64,000 nucleotides of DNA from positions 1 to 64,000 of IMG/VR virus record IMGVR_UViG_3300037468_000371. One strand, 5' to 3'. Positions 29,297-38,812 of this stretch are shown one piece after another. Made by a program: the position numbers and the translations under genes. The stretch's first letter is position 1, and the number at the start of each line of letters is the position of its first letter. This stretch comes from a virus. The notes below the pieces were generated by a model. It had not been told where the DNA came from and did no database searches. It saw nothing but the letters and a program-made list of their open reading frames with translations.

Positions 29297-30019
29297 ATGA
29301 AGCCGCAGCTACTCATCCAAGACCTCTCGACGCTCGGCGCGCACAACGCGGAGCCGAGCCGCACGCGCTCGCGGCTGCTCAAGGCCGGATCGTACAAGCG
29401 GCAGCGCGTCGTGGTCATCGTCCCGGCGCTCGACGCGATCCCGGCGAAGGTCTACCTCTCGCACCTGAACCTGATCTTCCCGCCGAACAACGGCGTGGCG
29501 CGCCTGCTCGCGCTCGGCATGGAGGTCGGCGCGGCGTACTCGACCGCGATCGAGCAGGTGCTCGCGCACCCGGAGCTGTCGACGTGGGAGTACTTGCTCA
29601 CGCTGGAGCACGACAACCTCCCCCCGGCGGACGGCGTCGTGCGGCTGGCCGAGAGGATGGAAGCGAATCCGAAGCTATCCTGCATCGGCGGGCTCTACTT
29701 CACCAAGGGTGAGGGAGGAGTGGCGCAGATCTGGGGCGACCCGCGCGACCCGATCCTGAACTTCAGGCCGCAGCCGCCCGACCCGGCGGGCGGTCTGGTC
29801 GAGTGCTGCGGAACGGGGATGGGCTTCAACCTCTGGCGGCTCGGGATGTTCCGCGATGCGCGGCTGCGCCGCCCGTGGTTCGTCACGCAGAGGCACGACG
29901 GCGTGATGACGCAGGACCTCTACTTCTGGTCCGACGCGCGCAAGTACGGCTACCGCTGCGCGATCGACTGCTCGGTCAAGGTCGGCCACTACGACGCGGC
30001 AGCGGACATGATCTGGTAG
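29297..30019 (+). CDS. GT-A/GT2-like glycosyltransferase
   Basis: YLLTLEHDNLPP, GGLYF, GTGMGFNL, QDLYF...DCSVKVGH. Confidence 0.8.
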   Translation: MKPQLLIQDLSTLGAHNAEPSRTRSRLLKAGSYKRQRVVVIVPALDAIPAKVYLSHLNLIFPPNNGVARLLALGMEVGAAYSTAIEQVLAHPELSTWEYLLTLEHDNLPPADGVVRLAERMEANPKLSCIGGLYFTKGEGGVAQIWGDPRDPILNFRPQPPDPAGGLVECCGTGMGFNLWRLGMFRDARLRRPWFVTQRHDGVMTQDLYFWSDARKYGYRCAIDCSVKVGHYDAAADMIW

Positions 30020-30035
30020 CGGGGAGACAGACACG

Positions 30036-30602
30036 ATGGCGACGAATTCCGTCACGACTTGGATCAGGCCGAGCGCGAAGGCGAAGCGGAAGGCGAAGTT
30101 CACCGAGGCGGCGAAGCTCGTGCTGCTCGACTTCGGCACCGAGAACTCGGCGCGCATCCCGCCCGGGTTCAAGTGGGTTCTCGGTGCCGTCGAGGAGATG
30201 GAGCGGATGGCCGACAACAGCGTCGATGAGGCGCAGTCGATCGGCTACATTCAGCGGCTCGTGATGGCCGAGCGCGTCGCCTTCTTCAACGCGCTGCACC
30301 GCATCCTCAAGCCCGGCGCGAAGTGCCTGATCGCCGTGCCGTATTGGGCGAGCGGCGCGGCCTACGGCGACCCGCGAGCGCAGTGGCCTCCGGTCAGCGA
30401 GCACTTCTTCGCCTACCTGAGCCGTGAGTGGCGCGCGGTGAACGTGCCCGGAATCGACTGGATCACCTGCGACTTCGATCACACGCTCGGCTACAACCTT
30501 CACCCCGCCGTGGCGATCCGCGCGCAGGACTACCAGCAGCACGCCGTCACCTTCTTCAAGGAGGCGGCACAGGACTTGTTCGTGACTCTCGTGAAGCGAT
30601 AG
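30036..30602 (+). CDS. Methyltransferase-like protein
   Basis: DNSVDE...FFNALHRILKPGAKCLIAVP...AYGDP; degenerate motif I. Confidence 0.7.
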   Translation: MATNSVTTWIRPSAKAKRKAKFTEAAKLVLLDFGTENSARIPPGFKWVLGAVEEMERMADNSVDEAQSIGYIQRLVMAERVAFFNALHRILKPGAKCLIAVPYWASGAAYGDPRAQWPPVSEHFFAYLSREWRAVNVPGIDWITCDFDHTLGYNLHPAVAIRAQDYQQHAVTFFKEAAQDLFVTLVKR

Positions 30603-30606
30603 ACCG

Positions 30607-32733
30607 ATGAGCAGCGGTTTCCAGCCGAACGGCTTCCAGCCCGACGCCCATCAGGGCTCGGGCTCGTCCGGCGCTGGAAACATCTTCTTCGGCGCGGGCG
30701 CGGCCTCGCTCGCGCTAGAGACGACCGCGACCGGCTCGACGGCGAACGAGACGGTTTGGACGGGCTCGGGCTCCGCCTCGCTCGCTCTCGACGCGACCGC
30801 GGCGGGCGGCGTTCTTTGGCGAAGCAACGCGGGAAGCGCGGAGCTCGCGCTCGACACGACGGCGGCCGGCGAGGACCGTAAGGTCACGCGCTGGTACTTC
30901 CACGGCGACGCCGTCCAGAGCACGACACCGCCCGTCTCGCCCGCCTACGACGCGGCGTGGGACTACACCAGCGAGACGGTCCGGCGGAAGCCGACGAAGG
31001 GGAGGTTCTCCTCCTCGGACTACGACGCGCAGCCGAACTGCGGGCCGTTCACCTCGGGCGATCTCGCGCTGGTTCGGCAGTACGTCAGCGATCCGCTTCC
31101 GGCGCAGACGTTCGGCGGCACCGTGCGAGCGGTGTTCCCGCTCCTTGAAGCCCAGCAGGTCGACAACATCGTCCAAGCTCCGGTCGGGATCAAGGTCGTC
31201 TCGAACGACGGCGCGACCGTTCGCGCCGTCCTCCTGCCCGTGGCGATCTACCGCACCTTCGCCGAGGTACCGGCGACGGACAGCGGGAGCGGCTACTACA
31301 ACAGCCGCAAGATCGTCATTGACGAGGCGCTCGCACCTTACACCTGCATCGAGGGGGACCGGCTCGTCTTCGAGTTCGGTTTGTCGGACAACGCCGCTGG
31401 AGACGCGCCGACCGGATCCTATGCTTGGCTCGGGACAACCGCCGAGCCGGATCACAACTTCGCTGACGGCGAGTCGCACACCGGCGGAAACCCGAGGAAC
31501 GGCTGGCTGGAGTTCCACGCCGAGGACTACGTCACCGTCATCAACCTCGCGGTCGGCTCGGCGACCGTCGCGCTGGCGACCACGGCGAAGGGCGGGAGCG
31601 TCCATCGTGGAATCCCGACAGCGGTCGGGCTCGCGCTCGGCGCGACGGCAGTCGGAGCCGCGACCGCCAACGGCTCGGGTTCTGCGGACCTCGCGCTGGA
31701 TGCGGCAGCTACCGGGAGCATCGTCGCAGCTGGGTCGGCTAGTGCAGCGCTCGCTCTGGATGCTACCGCCAGCGGTCGCCTCGCGGCGGTGGGCTCGGCG
31801 AGCGCCGGGCTCGCCCTCGACGCCACGGCGAGCGGAAGCGCGGTCCTGCGGGGCTCGGCAGCGGCGGACCTCGCACTCGCCGAGGCGGCGGTCGGTTACC
31901 TCGACGCGGTCGGTTCTGGATCGGTGGCGGTTGCCTTCGATGCGACGGCGGTCGGCGATACCGTCAGCAACGGCACGGTCTGGGCCGGCTCGGGCTCGGC
32001 GGCGCTCGCGTTCGAGGAGGGCGCGGCGGGTTCGCTCCTCGCCCGGGGCGCGGGCGCGGCAACGATCGAAACGGCGGCGACGGGGTCCGGCTCACTCCTC
32101 GCTCGTGGCGCGGGCCTCGCAGCAGTCGGGATCGTCTCGACTGGAGCGGGTCACCTCGTCGCCGCCGGTAGCGCGGCGGCCGGGCTCGCGCTCGGCGCGA
32201 CGGCCGCCGGAAGCCTCCGCGCAAGCGGCAGCGGCTCCGCAGCCGTCACGTTCTCCGCGACCGCGGCCGGCGGCTCGGTTTTCGCCGCCGCGGCCGCTGC
32301 GGACCTGACAGTAGCCGCCTCGGCCGTGGGCGGAGCGATATGGCGTGGCCTTGCGGCCGCGGCCGTCGTGCTGGTGGCCGTGGGCGCGGGCTCGATCACG
32401 GCGGCCGGGCGCGGCGCGGCGGCCGTGGCATTCGCGGACGCGGCGGCCGGAAGCCTGACCACCCGCGGCACGGCCACGGCCGCGCTCGTGTTCGCCGAAA
32501 CGGCCAAGGGCAAGCTGCTCATCGCTCCGGACGCCGGGCAGGGTGCAATGGTCCCGGCGGTCGAGCGCGGCGCGGCGCTCGGGTTCACGTCGCTCGGCGC
32601 GATCGTTCCGGCGATCGAGCCCGAAGCCGTCCTCGCCGACACCGAGCGCGGGGCCGTGGTCCCGGCGGTCAGTCGTGGCGCTATCCTTGCCGCCTTCTCG
32701 CGCGGCGCAACCGTACCTTCCGAGGAGGTGTGA
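30607..32733 (+). CDS. Ala/Gly/Ser/Thr repeat fibre protein with inserted globular domain
   Basis: About 19-aa GSASLALDATAxG repeats flanking a non-repetitive domain; C-terminal GAxVPAV repeats. Confidence 0.75.
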   Translation: MSSGFQPNGFQPDAHQGSGSSGAGNIFFGAGAASLALETTATGSTANETVWTGSGSASLALDATAAGGVLWRSNAGSAELALDTTAAGEDRKVTRWYFHGDAVQSTTPPVSPAYDAAWDYTSETVRRKPTKGRFSSSDYDAQPNCGPFTSGDLALVRQYVSDPLPAQTFGGTVRAVFPLLEAQQVDNIVQAPVGIKVVSNDGATVRAVLLPVAIYRTFAEVPATDSGSGYYNSRKIVIDEALAPYTCIEGDRLVFEFGLSDNAAGDAPTGSYAWLGTTAEPDHNFADGESHTGGNPRNGWLEFHAEDYVTVINLAVGSATVALATTAKGGSVHRGIPTAVGLALGATAVGAATANGSGSADLALDAAATGSIVAAGSASAALALDATASGRLAAVGSASAGLALDATASGSAVLRGSAAADLALAEAAVGYLDAVGSGSVAVAFDATAVGDTVSNGTVWAGSGSAALAFEEGAAGSLLARGAGAATIETAATGSGSLLARGAGLAAVGIVSTGAGHLVAAGSAAAGLALGATAAGSLRASGSGSAAVTFSATAAGGSVFAAAAAADLTVAASAVGGAIWRGLAAAAVVLVAVGAGSITAAGRGAAAVAFADAAAGSLTTRGTATAALVFAETAKGKLLIAPDAGQGAMVPAVERGAALGFTSLGAIVPAIEPEAVLADTERGAVVPAVSRGAILAAFSRGATVPSEEV

Positions 32734-32734
32734 T

Positions 32735-33031
32735 GTGGCGTACCTGATTTGGGCGGAGAAGGACCCGGACGATATCGAGGATCGCTTCCTCGACTGGACC
32801 GAGCGGCTGTCGGAGGCGGGCGACACGGTCGCTACGGCGGTCTGGACCGCGACGCCGAGCGCCGACTCGGACGACCTCGCGCTCGGCACGCAGTCCGAGA
32901 CGACGACGCACACCTACGTCTGGCTCTCGAAGGGCCGTCCCGGCATCACCTACCTCGTCACCTGCCACATCGTAACGGCGGGCGGCCGCGAGCTGGACCA
33001 GACCGTGAAGATCAAGGTCAAGGAGCACTGA
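32735..33031 (+). CDS. Fibre adaptor-like protein
   Basis: GTG after GAGGAGG; KDPDD...LDW...VWLSKG...YLVTCHIVTAGGRELDQT. Confidence 0.75.
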   Translation: MAYLIWAEKDPDDIEDRFLDWTERLSEAGDTVATAVWTATPSADSDDLALGTQSETTTHTYVWLSKGRPGITYLVTCHIVTAGGRELDQTVKIKVKEH

Positions 33032-33414
33032 TGCCCGGCGCTGCGGGCGGACCGAACGTCGAGCTGTGGATCGCCCGCAGCGGCGTCGTGATCGCGCTGT
33101 TCATCTGCGTCGCCATCACGACGATCGGCGTGCAGGTCGCGCGGCACTACATCAAGCTCTGGAAGACGCAAGGGTTCAACGACGTCTCGTCGAACCTGTG
33201 GATCGCGCTGACGTTCACCGTGGTCCTCGACCTGTTCCTGTTCGCCGTGATGGACATCGGGCAGGCGTTCTCGCTCGTGGTCGACGGGTGGGGCGGGATC
33301 GTCGGCATCTCGACGGCGCTGCTCGGCTTCGCGTTCGGCTATAAGGCGACCACGAAGATCATCGGAAGCAAGGGCGGCGGCGTCGAGGTGATTCCGCCGG
33401 GCGGAGGTGGATAA
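33031..33414 (+). CDS. Three-TM membrane protein, holin candidate
   Basis: Three hydrophobic segments; upstream of the lysin candidate. Confidence 0.6.
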   Translation: MPGAAGGPNVELWIARSGVVIALFICVAITTIGVQVARHYIKLWKTQGFNDVSSNLWIALTFTVVLDLFLFAVMDIGQAFSLVVDGWGGIVGISTALLGFAFGYKATTKIIGSKGGGVEVIPPGGGG

Positions 33415-34712
33415 TGCAGCGACATGAGCTGGCGCAGCTCGCTCTGGATGCGGCGCTCCACGGCCTGCCGGAACCCGAGGTGCCGTGGCGCACGCAACTG
33501 CCCGCGAAGCCGTTCTACCTCGGCCGAGACGGCCGCGGCTACCTATCGACAGGACGCTCGGCCAACATCGAAACGATGGCCGTGGCCGCGTGGCTGATGT
33601 TCGTCGCCGCGGGCATCGCCCCGAGGAAGGAGCGGGCCGCGGCGATCCGCGCGGCCTCGGACCTGCTGCTGGCGAACCGGGCCTGCTTCATGTTGAACGA
33701 GTTCGGCTCGACGACCTACTCGGGCTGGCCGCTGATCGCGTGGGGCGTCGCGGCCCGGGCCGCCGAGCTACTCGGCGAGACGGCGCTGTCCCTTGGGTTC
33801 CGCGAGCTACTGACGCAGTGGTTCGCGCTGGCGCGAGCGTCGATGGCTCCGTGCCCGGCCGATGGCCTGCACGTCGGGGTCGAGTACACGGGGAAGAGCG
33901 GCTCGCGCGAGGTGCTCGACGAGTCCAAGAGCGCGGGGAAGATGGTCGTCACGATCTGTGGCGAGCGTTCCTGGGGGCACGGGCACGGCCTCGGCTACGT
34001 GCATCACACGCTCGCCCGCATCGCATTCAGCATGGAGCAGCCGAAGCCCGTTCGGCAGTTGCCGGATCCGGGCCGGCTCGACTGCTGGCAGGAGCGGGCG
34101 CTCGCCCGGCTCGCGCCGCTGTTCATCACGTGTGCCGCGCCGGCTATGAAGCGTTTCGCCGTGGCGGATTGGCCCGGAATCGTGGCGCTGCTCAAGTACC
34201 CGACCGCGCAGCCGTGCGAGCTGCGCCTGTATGGCGACGGCTCCCGGGTGTTCATCGAAGGCGGCGACGAGCCGGAGCCCGCCGACGAGGACGACAACAG
34301 CAACACGCCGCGGATCGCCCTGATGGCGGTGTACCGCACGCCGCCGCGCATCCTGTCGCTACCGGCATGGCCCGCGCCGAACACCGGGGACACGCGCATT
34401 CGGCAGACAGCGGTCTGGTCCGATGTGGATCGGGACGTCCACGGCGGCGGTTGGGTGCTGCTGCATTCGGAGATCGGAGTCGAGCGGAACTCGGATGGCA
34501 AGTGGGTCTCGAAGGCCCCGGACCCGACCGCGCCGCTGCTGGCCCGGATCACCAGCTTCGGCGGCGGCGGTTGGGTGCTGACGGGGCCGCGTGCCGAGCC
34601 GCCGATCACGCCCGCGGGGCCGGCTGGCGCGGCCGGCGAGGGGGCGCGCGGCCGCCGGCGGCGGCGGCGACCGTTCTGGAGGCGGTTGCTTGGATTGGAC
34701 AAGGAGGATTGA
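33414..34712 (+). CDS. Hypothetical protein (432 aa)
   Basis: TAATG coupling; no motif recognised. Confidence 0.7.
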   Translation: MQRHELAQLALDAALHGLPEPEVPWRTQLPAKPFYLGRDGRGYLSTGRSANIETMAVAAWLMFVAAGIAPRKERAAAIRAASDLLLANRACFMLNEFGSTTYSGWPLIAWGVAARAAELLGETALSLGFRELLTQWFALARASMAPCPADGLHVGVEYTGKSGSREVLDESKSAGKMVVTICGERSWGHGHGLGYVHHTLARIAFSMEQPKPVRQLPDPGRLDCWQERALARLAPLFITCAAPAMKRFAVADWPGIVALLKYPTAQPCELRLYGDGSRVFIEGGDEPEPADEDDNSNTPRIALMAVYRTPPRILSLPAWPAPNTGDTRIRQTAVWSDVDRDVHGGGWVLLHSEIGVERNSDGKWVSKAPDPTAPLLARITSFGGGGWVLTGPRAEPPITPAGPAGAAGEGARGRRRRRRPFWRRLLGLDKED

Positions 34713-35140
34713 TGCCTGACCCACCGCTTGTGCTCACGCGGTTCTACTACGGCGCGACCGCCACGATCGGCGCGCTGGAGTTGCCCGACCGGAGGATAGT
34801 CTACACAGCCGAGGACGGCTGGTACGACAACCAGCGCATGGTCTCCTGCATCCCGGATGGCACCTACGCCGTCGTGCCGCGGCGGTTCAACCGCGGCGGC
34901 TACGATGCCTGGGAGATCACGGGGGTTCCCGGCCGCTCGCAGATCCTGATCCATCGCGGTAACACCGCGAACGATGTGACCGGCTGCATCGTCGTCGGCC
35001 GGGAGATCGCCTGCATCGGTGGCGTGCTCGGCGTAGCGAACAGCGCGGCAGCATGGAGCGTGCTGCACGGAGCGATGGGAAACAAGACGTTCCGCCTGGA
35101 GATTCGCCCGTTCGGTGGGCTGAAAGGAACGGCAGCATGA
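34712..35140 (+). CDS. DUF5675-family protein, probable endolysin
   Basis: SCIPDGTY, VPGRSQILIHRGN...TGCIVVG...NS. Confidence 0.85.
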   Translation: MPDPPLVLTRFYYGATATIGALELPDRRIVYTAEDGWYDNQRMVSCIPDGTYAVVPRRFNRGGYDAWEITGVPGRSQILIHRGNTANDVTGCIVVGREIACIGGVLGVANSAAAWSVLHGAMGNKTFRLEIRPFGGLKGTAA

Positions 35141-36000
35141 CCTACGGATGGCTGCGCCTGATGGTGTCGCGCCCTGCCCTGATGATCATGGCGGCGCTCG
35201 GCGGGGCCGTAGCGCTCGGCTTGGCGCAGCGCGCGTGCGCGCCGCCGCCGCCGCCGGCCGTAGGCGGAATCACGCCGGAGTCGCCGCGCACCGAGCCGGC
35301 GAAGGATGTGCGCGATGCGCCCGAGGAGCGGACGCCACCGCCGCCGCAGATCATCGTCATCCGGCCCGGGGAGCGCGACCGCGCCCGGATCGCCGGCGAG
35401 ATCCAGCGGCCCGACATGGCCCGCGAGTTCACCGAGGAGTCGATCGACGCGGCGCGCCGCCTCGGCGTGATCACCGAGGAGGAGGCCGCCGCGGCGCTCG
35501 CGTCGTACCGCGCAGAGCAGGAGCGACTGGCCCGAGACAACCGCGATCTGAAGGAGAAGCTGATCCAGTTTGAGCGCGAGCTGGTGGCCCGCCGCACCAT
35601 TCCCCCCGCGCCGTGGGGCGGCACCGCGACGGCGACGACCTCGCGCGTCACGGGTCGAACCGACGTCGATTTCGTGCGCGCCCCGCGGCCTCGCGTCAAT
35701 TGGCTCTGGGACTTCGGTGTCGGTGCTCGCTACACATGGTCCGACGCGGAGGTGACAAGCACGACGGGCGAACCGATCGAGGCAGACACTTCGGCGCAGA
35801 CCGTCGATGCCCATCTGTTCGCGGAGCCCGTGGAGTTCGGTCGCAGGTTCCCGACCGTTCTGCGGCTGGAGGCGGCCTACGAGAAGTCGATCGAAGGGGA
35901 CCTGGAGCTGAAGGGCATGAAGTACTCAGTCACGATGGACACCCATTTCAACCGCGACCGCCGCGTGCGGCGGCGCATGACACAGGAGGAACAGCCATGA
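35137..36000 (+). CDS. Membrane-anchored coiled-coil plus beta-strand protein, spanin-like candidate
   Basis: N-terminal TM, Pro linker, coiled coil, amphipathic beta C-terminus; directly after the lysin. Confidence 0.55.
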   Translation: MTYGWLRLMVSRPALMIMAALGGAVALGLAQRACAPPPPPAVGGITPESPRTEPAKDVRDAPEERTPPPPQIIVIRPGERDRARIAGEIQRPDMAREFTEESIDAARRLGVITEEEAAAALASYRAEQERLARDNRDLKEKLIQFERELVARRTIPPAPWGGTATATTSRVTGRTDVDFVRAPRPRVNWLWDFGVGARYTWSDAEVTSTTGEPIEADTSAQTVDAHLFAEPVEFGRRFPTVLRLEAAYEKSIEGDLELKGMKYSVTMDTHFNRDRRVRRRMTQEEQP

Positions 36001-36536
36001 GCCTGCCGGGGATCAGGAAGTGGGACGACGCGAAGGTTCTCGACGAAGCGGCGACGCGGCTCGCCAAGCTCGCGCTCGGCGCGTGCGACGGTCAGAAGCA
36101 CGGCAACCCGTTCTACGGCGACTCGGCCTTCATCGGCTACCCGACCCGCCGCAACACCGAGGCGCTCGTGCGGCTCGCGCTGACGACCGACCCGCTCGCC
36201 GTCAGCGACAACTACGACCGTGGCTTCTCGCTCAAGGAGCTGTTCGCCGCCGCGTGGGAACGTGTCGTCGCGGACGAGGGCGACGACGCGGCGGCCGAGG
36301 CGCTGCTGATGAAGAAGTACGAGGAGATCCTCGCGGGCGAGGTGTGGTCCGGCACGCCCGAGATGATCGACCGCGCGGTCGCGGCGCTCGCCTCCTACGA
36401 CCCGGAGTCGCTCTGGGTTCAGTACGTCCAGGCCGCGTGGCCGAACCATCCGCAGACGCCCGGCTCGCCCGGATGGGAAGCGGCCGAGGCCGCCGGCAAC
36501 CCGCACGAGACGGTGGACAACCCGTTCCTGCGCTGA
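35997..36536 (+). CDS. Hypothetical protein
   Basis: ATGA overlap, GGAGG RBS; last gene before the terminator. Confidence 0.7.
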   Translation: MSLPGIRKWDDAKVLDEAATRLAKLALGACDGQKHGNPFYGDSAFIGYPTRRNTEALVRLALTTDPLAVSDNYDRGFSLKELFAAAWERVVADEGDDAAAEALLMKKYEEILAGEVWSGTPEMIDRAVAALASYDPESLWVQYVQAAWPNHPQTPGSPGWEAAEAAGNPHETVDNPFLR

Positions 36537-36565
36537 TCTAAGAGGCTTCCGGCGCGTCGCCGGAG

Positions 36566-36630
36566 AAGCCCGTCCCGGACGCCCGCACTCATCCCGCTGC
36601 GCGATCCGGGGCGGGCTTTCGTTTGTTTTC
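36566..36630 (+). terminator. Intrinsic terminator ending the late operon
   Basis: AAGCCCGTCCCGGA (36566-79) pairs with TCCGGGGCGGGCTT (36605-18), followed by TCGTTTGTTTT. Confidence 0.7.
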
Positions 36631-36650
36631 AGTCAGTTAGCGCTCAGGCT

Positions 36651-36678
36651 TTGCGGCTAACCCTGGCGGGTGTAAGGT
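36651..36678 (+). promoter_or_regulatory. Possible sigma70-like promoter of the replication operon
   Basis: TTGCGG-N16-TAAGGT shortly before the ATG at 36689. Confidence 0.3.
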
Positions 36679-36688
36679 TCACCCCGTC

Positions 36689-37024
36689 ATGAGACCCATG
36701 GATATCGAAAGTCCGGAGCTGTTGGTGCGCGTCGCGCCCGACGACGGCGTGAAGCGCGAGCTGGCCGCCGCGGCCGAAGTCACGATGATCCCGCCGCGTG
36801 TCATCGCGGCGGCCGTGCTGAGGCATTGCCGCGGTCGGTTCCAGGAAATCACGGAGGAGGCGCTGGCCGAAGGGTCCATCGGCCCCGTCCTTGGCTACCG
36901 CGTCCACCAGCAGCTAGCACCCCGGCCGCGCCGCCGCCCGACCGAGAAGCCGGCGGAACGGCGCCGGCCCGCCACCGACAGAGAAGTCGCCGCCGTCGCC
37001 GCCCGCCGCCGTCGCGAACGCTAA
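36689..37024 (+). CDS. Hypothetical basic protein, possible regulator
   Basis: First ORF after the terminator; Arg-rich C-terminus. Confidence 0.5.
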   Translation: MRPMDIESPELLVRVAPDDGVKRELAAAAEVTMIPPRVIAAAVLRHCRGRFQEITEEALAEGSIGPVLGYRVHQQLAPRPRRRPTEKPAERRRPATDREVAAVAARRRRER

Positions 37025-37033
37025 GCACCGGCG

Positions 37034-38812
37034 ATGCAGCCGCAAGAGCCGCAGGTCGAGCTGCTCGACGATCGGACGCTGGCCGTCCGTGGCGCCTTCT
37101 TCATCCGTGAGGCAATCAAGGAGATCCCCGGGCGCCGTTGGGATGCGGCCCGCAGCCTATGGCTGCTGCCGCGGTCGCCGTTCGCGGCCCGCGCGCTGCT
37201 CAGCGTCGTGCCCTCGGCCATCGACGTGCCCGAGGTCGTGGAACTTGCCGGCCATGTGGCCCCGGGGCGCCGGACAGATCCGGAGCTGGACGAGCCGCTG
37301 GACAATCACTCGCCCGTAGGCCCCGCGTGGCTTCACCAGACGCGGGCGGCCCGCTGGCTCCTCGGTAACGATGCGGCCCTGCTGCAATACGGCATGCGCA
37401 CGGGCAAGACCCGCTCGACCCTCGATGCGGCCCGCGCCGCGGGCGCTCGGCTCATTCTGGTACTCGCGCCGCTTCGTGCCTGCATGGTCTGGCAGCGCGA
37501 GGCCGAAGCCCATCATCCCGGCTACTTCCGCGTCGTGCGGCTCGATCGCCGCTCCATCCAGCAACGGGCGGCGCAGCTGCGTGAAGAGGTGCGGCTCGCC
37601 CTTGCCCCCGGCGGGCAGCCCGCGGTGATCGCCCTGAACTACGAGGCCGCATGGCGCCCGCTGCTCAGTGAGCCGCTGCTGTCCATTCGGTGGGACGTGC
37701 TCGTCCTGGACGAGTGCCATCGCATCAAGTCGCCCGGCTCACACCAGTCGAAGTTCTGCGGTCGCCTCCAGCGCGCCGCGCGGCGCCGTTGGGCGCTGTC
37801 GGGGACACCGCTGGCCCACTCGCCGATGGACGCCTACGCGATCTTCCGCGCGCTGGACCCCGGCATCTTCGGCACGGCCTTCGGCGCCTTCCGCTCCCGC
37901 TACGCGATCCTCGGCGGCTACCTCGGCCGCGAGGTCGTCGGCTACCGGAACCTTGAGGAGTTCCGCGAGCGCTACTTCTCGATCACGCTCGCGGCCTCCC
38001 GTGATGTCCTAGACCTGCCCGAAGCGATCCACGAGACGGTCGTGATCGAGCTGCCTGCCGAGGCGCGGCGGCTACACGCGCAGGTGAAGGACCATGCGAT
38101 GGCGATGCTGGCGAGCGGCGACGGCGAGATCGTGGCGACGAACGTCCTGACCCAGATGCTGCGGATGTGCCAGATCGCTTCCGGCCATACGCGCGTCGAC
38201 GACCCCGTGGCCGTGACCGATGGGCAGATCGGGATCTTCGATCCCGAGGCCGCGCCGGCCGCGCCCGGCGGCCCGCGCACGGTGGAGGTCCATCGCGCGA
38301 AGGAGGAGGCCGTCGTCGAGATCCTGGGGGACCTCGACCCGCGCGAGCCCGTTGTGGTGTTCTGCCGCTTCCGGCACGACTTGGATCAGGTCGAGCGCGC
38401 CACGGCCGCGGCCGGCCGCCTGTATCGGGAACTGTCGGGCCGCCGCAACGACCTTGAGGACTGGCTCGGCTCGGCCGGCGGCGAGGTGCTCGGCGTGCAG
38501 TATCAGGCCGGGGGCGAGGGGATCGATCTAGCGCGGGCGAGCTACTGCATCCTGTACAACGATACGTTCGAGCTGGCCAAGTCCGACCAGGCGATTGCCC
38601 GCATCCACGGGCCGAAGTCACGCAACCGTGTGGTCTACTTTCACCTGGTCGCCCGCGGCACCATCGACGAGTATGTGCGGGACACGCTCGTGCGCCGCCG
38701 CGATGTGATCGCCCGCGTGCTGGACGAGCGCGCCCTCGGTAACGGCGGCGGCGGCGCGCCGATCATAGACGAAGACGGGCAGCAGGCCGAAGACGAGGAG
38801 GAACCGTTCTGA
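37034..38812 (+). CDS. SNF2-family helicase
   Basis: GMRTGKT, LDECHRIK, LSGTP, GGEGIDL, QAIARIH. Confidence 0.92.
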   Translation: MQPQEPQVELLDDRTLAVRGAFFIREAIKEIPGRRWDAARSLWLLPRSPFAARALLSVVPSAIDVPEVVELAGHVAPGRRTDPELDEPLDNHSPVGPAWLHQTRAARWLLGNDAALLQYGMRTGKTRSTLDAARAAGARLILVLAPLRACMVWQREAEAHHPGYFRVVRLDRRSIQQRAAQLREEVRLALAPGGQPAVIALNYEAAWRPLLSEPLLSIRWDVLVLDECHRIKSPGSHQSKFCGRLQRAARRRWALSGTPLAHSPMDAYAIFRALDPGIFGTAFGAFRSRYAILGGYLGREVVGYRNLEEFRERYFSITLAASRDVLDLPEAIHETVVIELPAEARRLHAQVKDHAMAMLASGDGEIVATNVLTQMLRMCQIASGHTRVDDPVAVTDGQIGIFDPEAAPAAPGGPRTVEVHRAKEEAVVEILGDLDPREPVVVFCRFRHDLDQVERATAAAGRLYRELSGRRNDLEDWLGSAGGEVLGVQYQAGGEGIDLARASYCILYNDTFELAKSDQAIARIHGPKSRNRVVYFHLVARGTIDEYVRDTLVRRRDVIARVLDERALGNGGGGAPIIDEDGQQAEDEEEPF

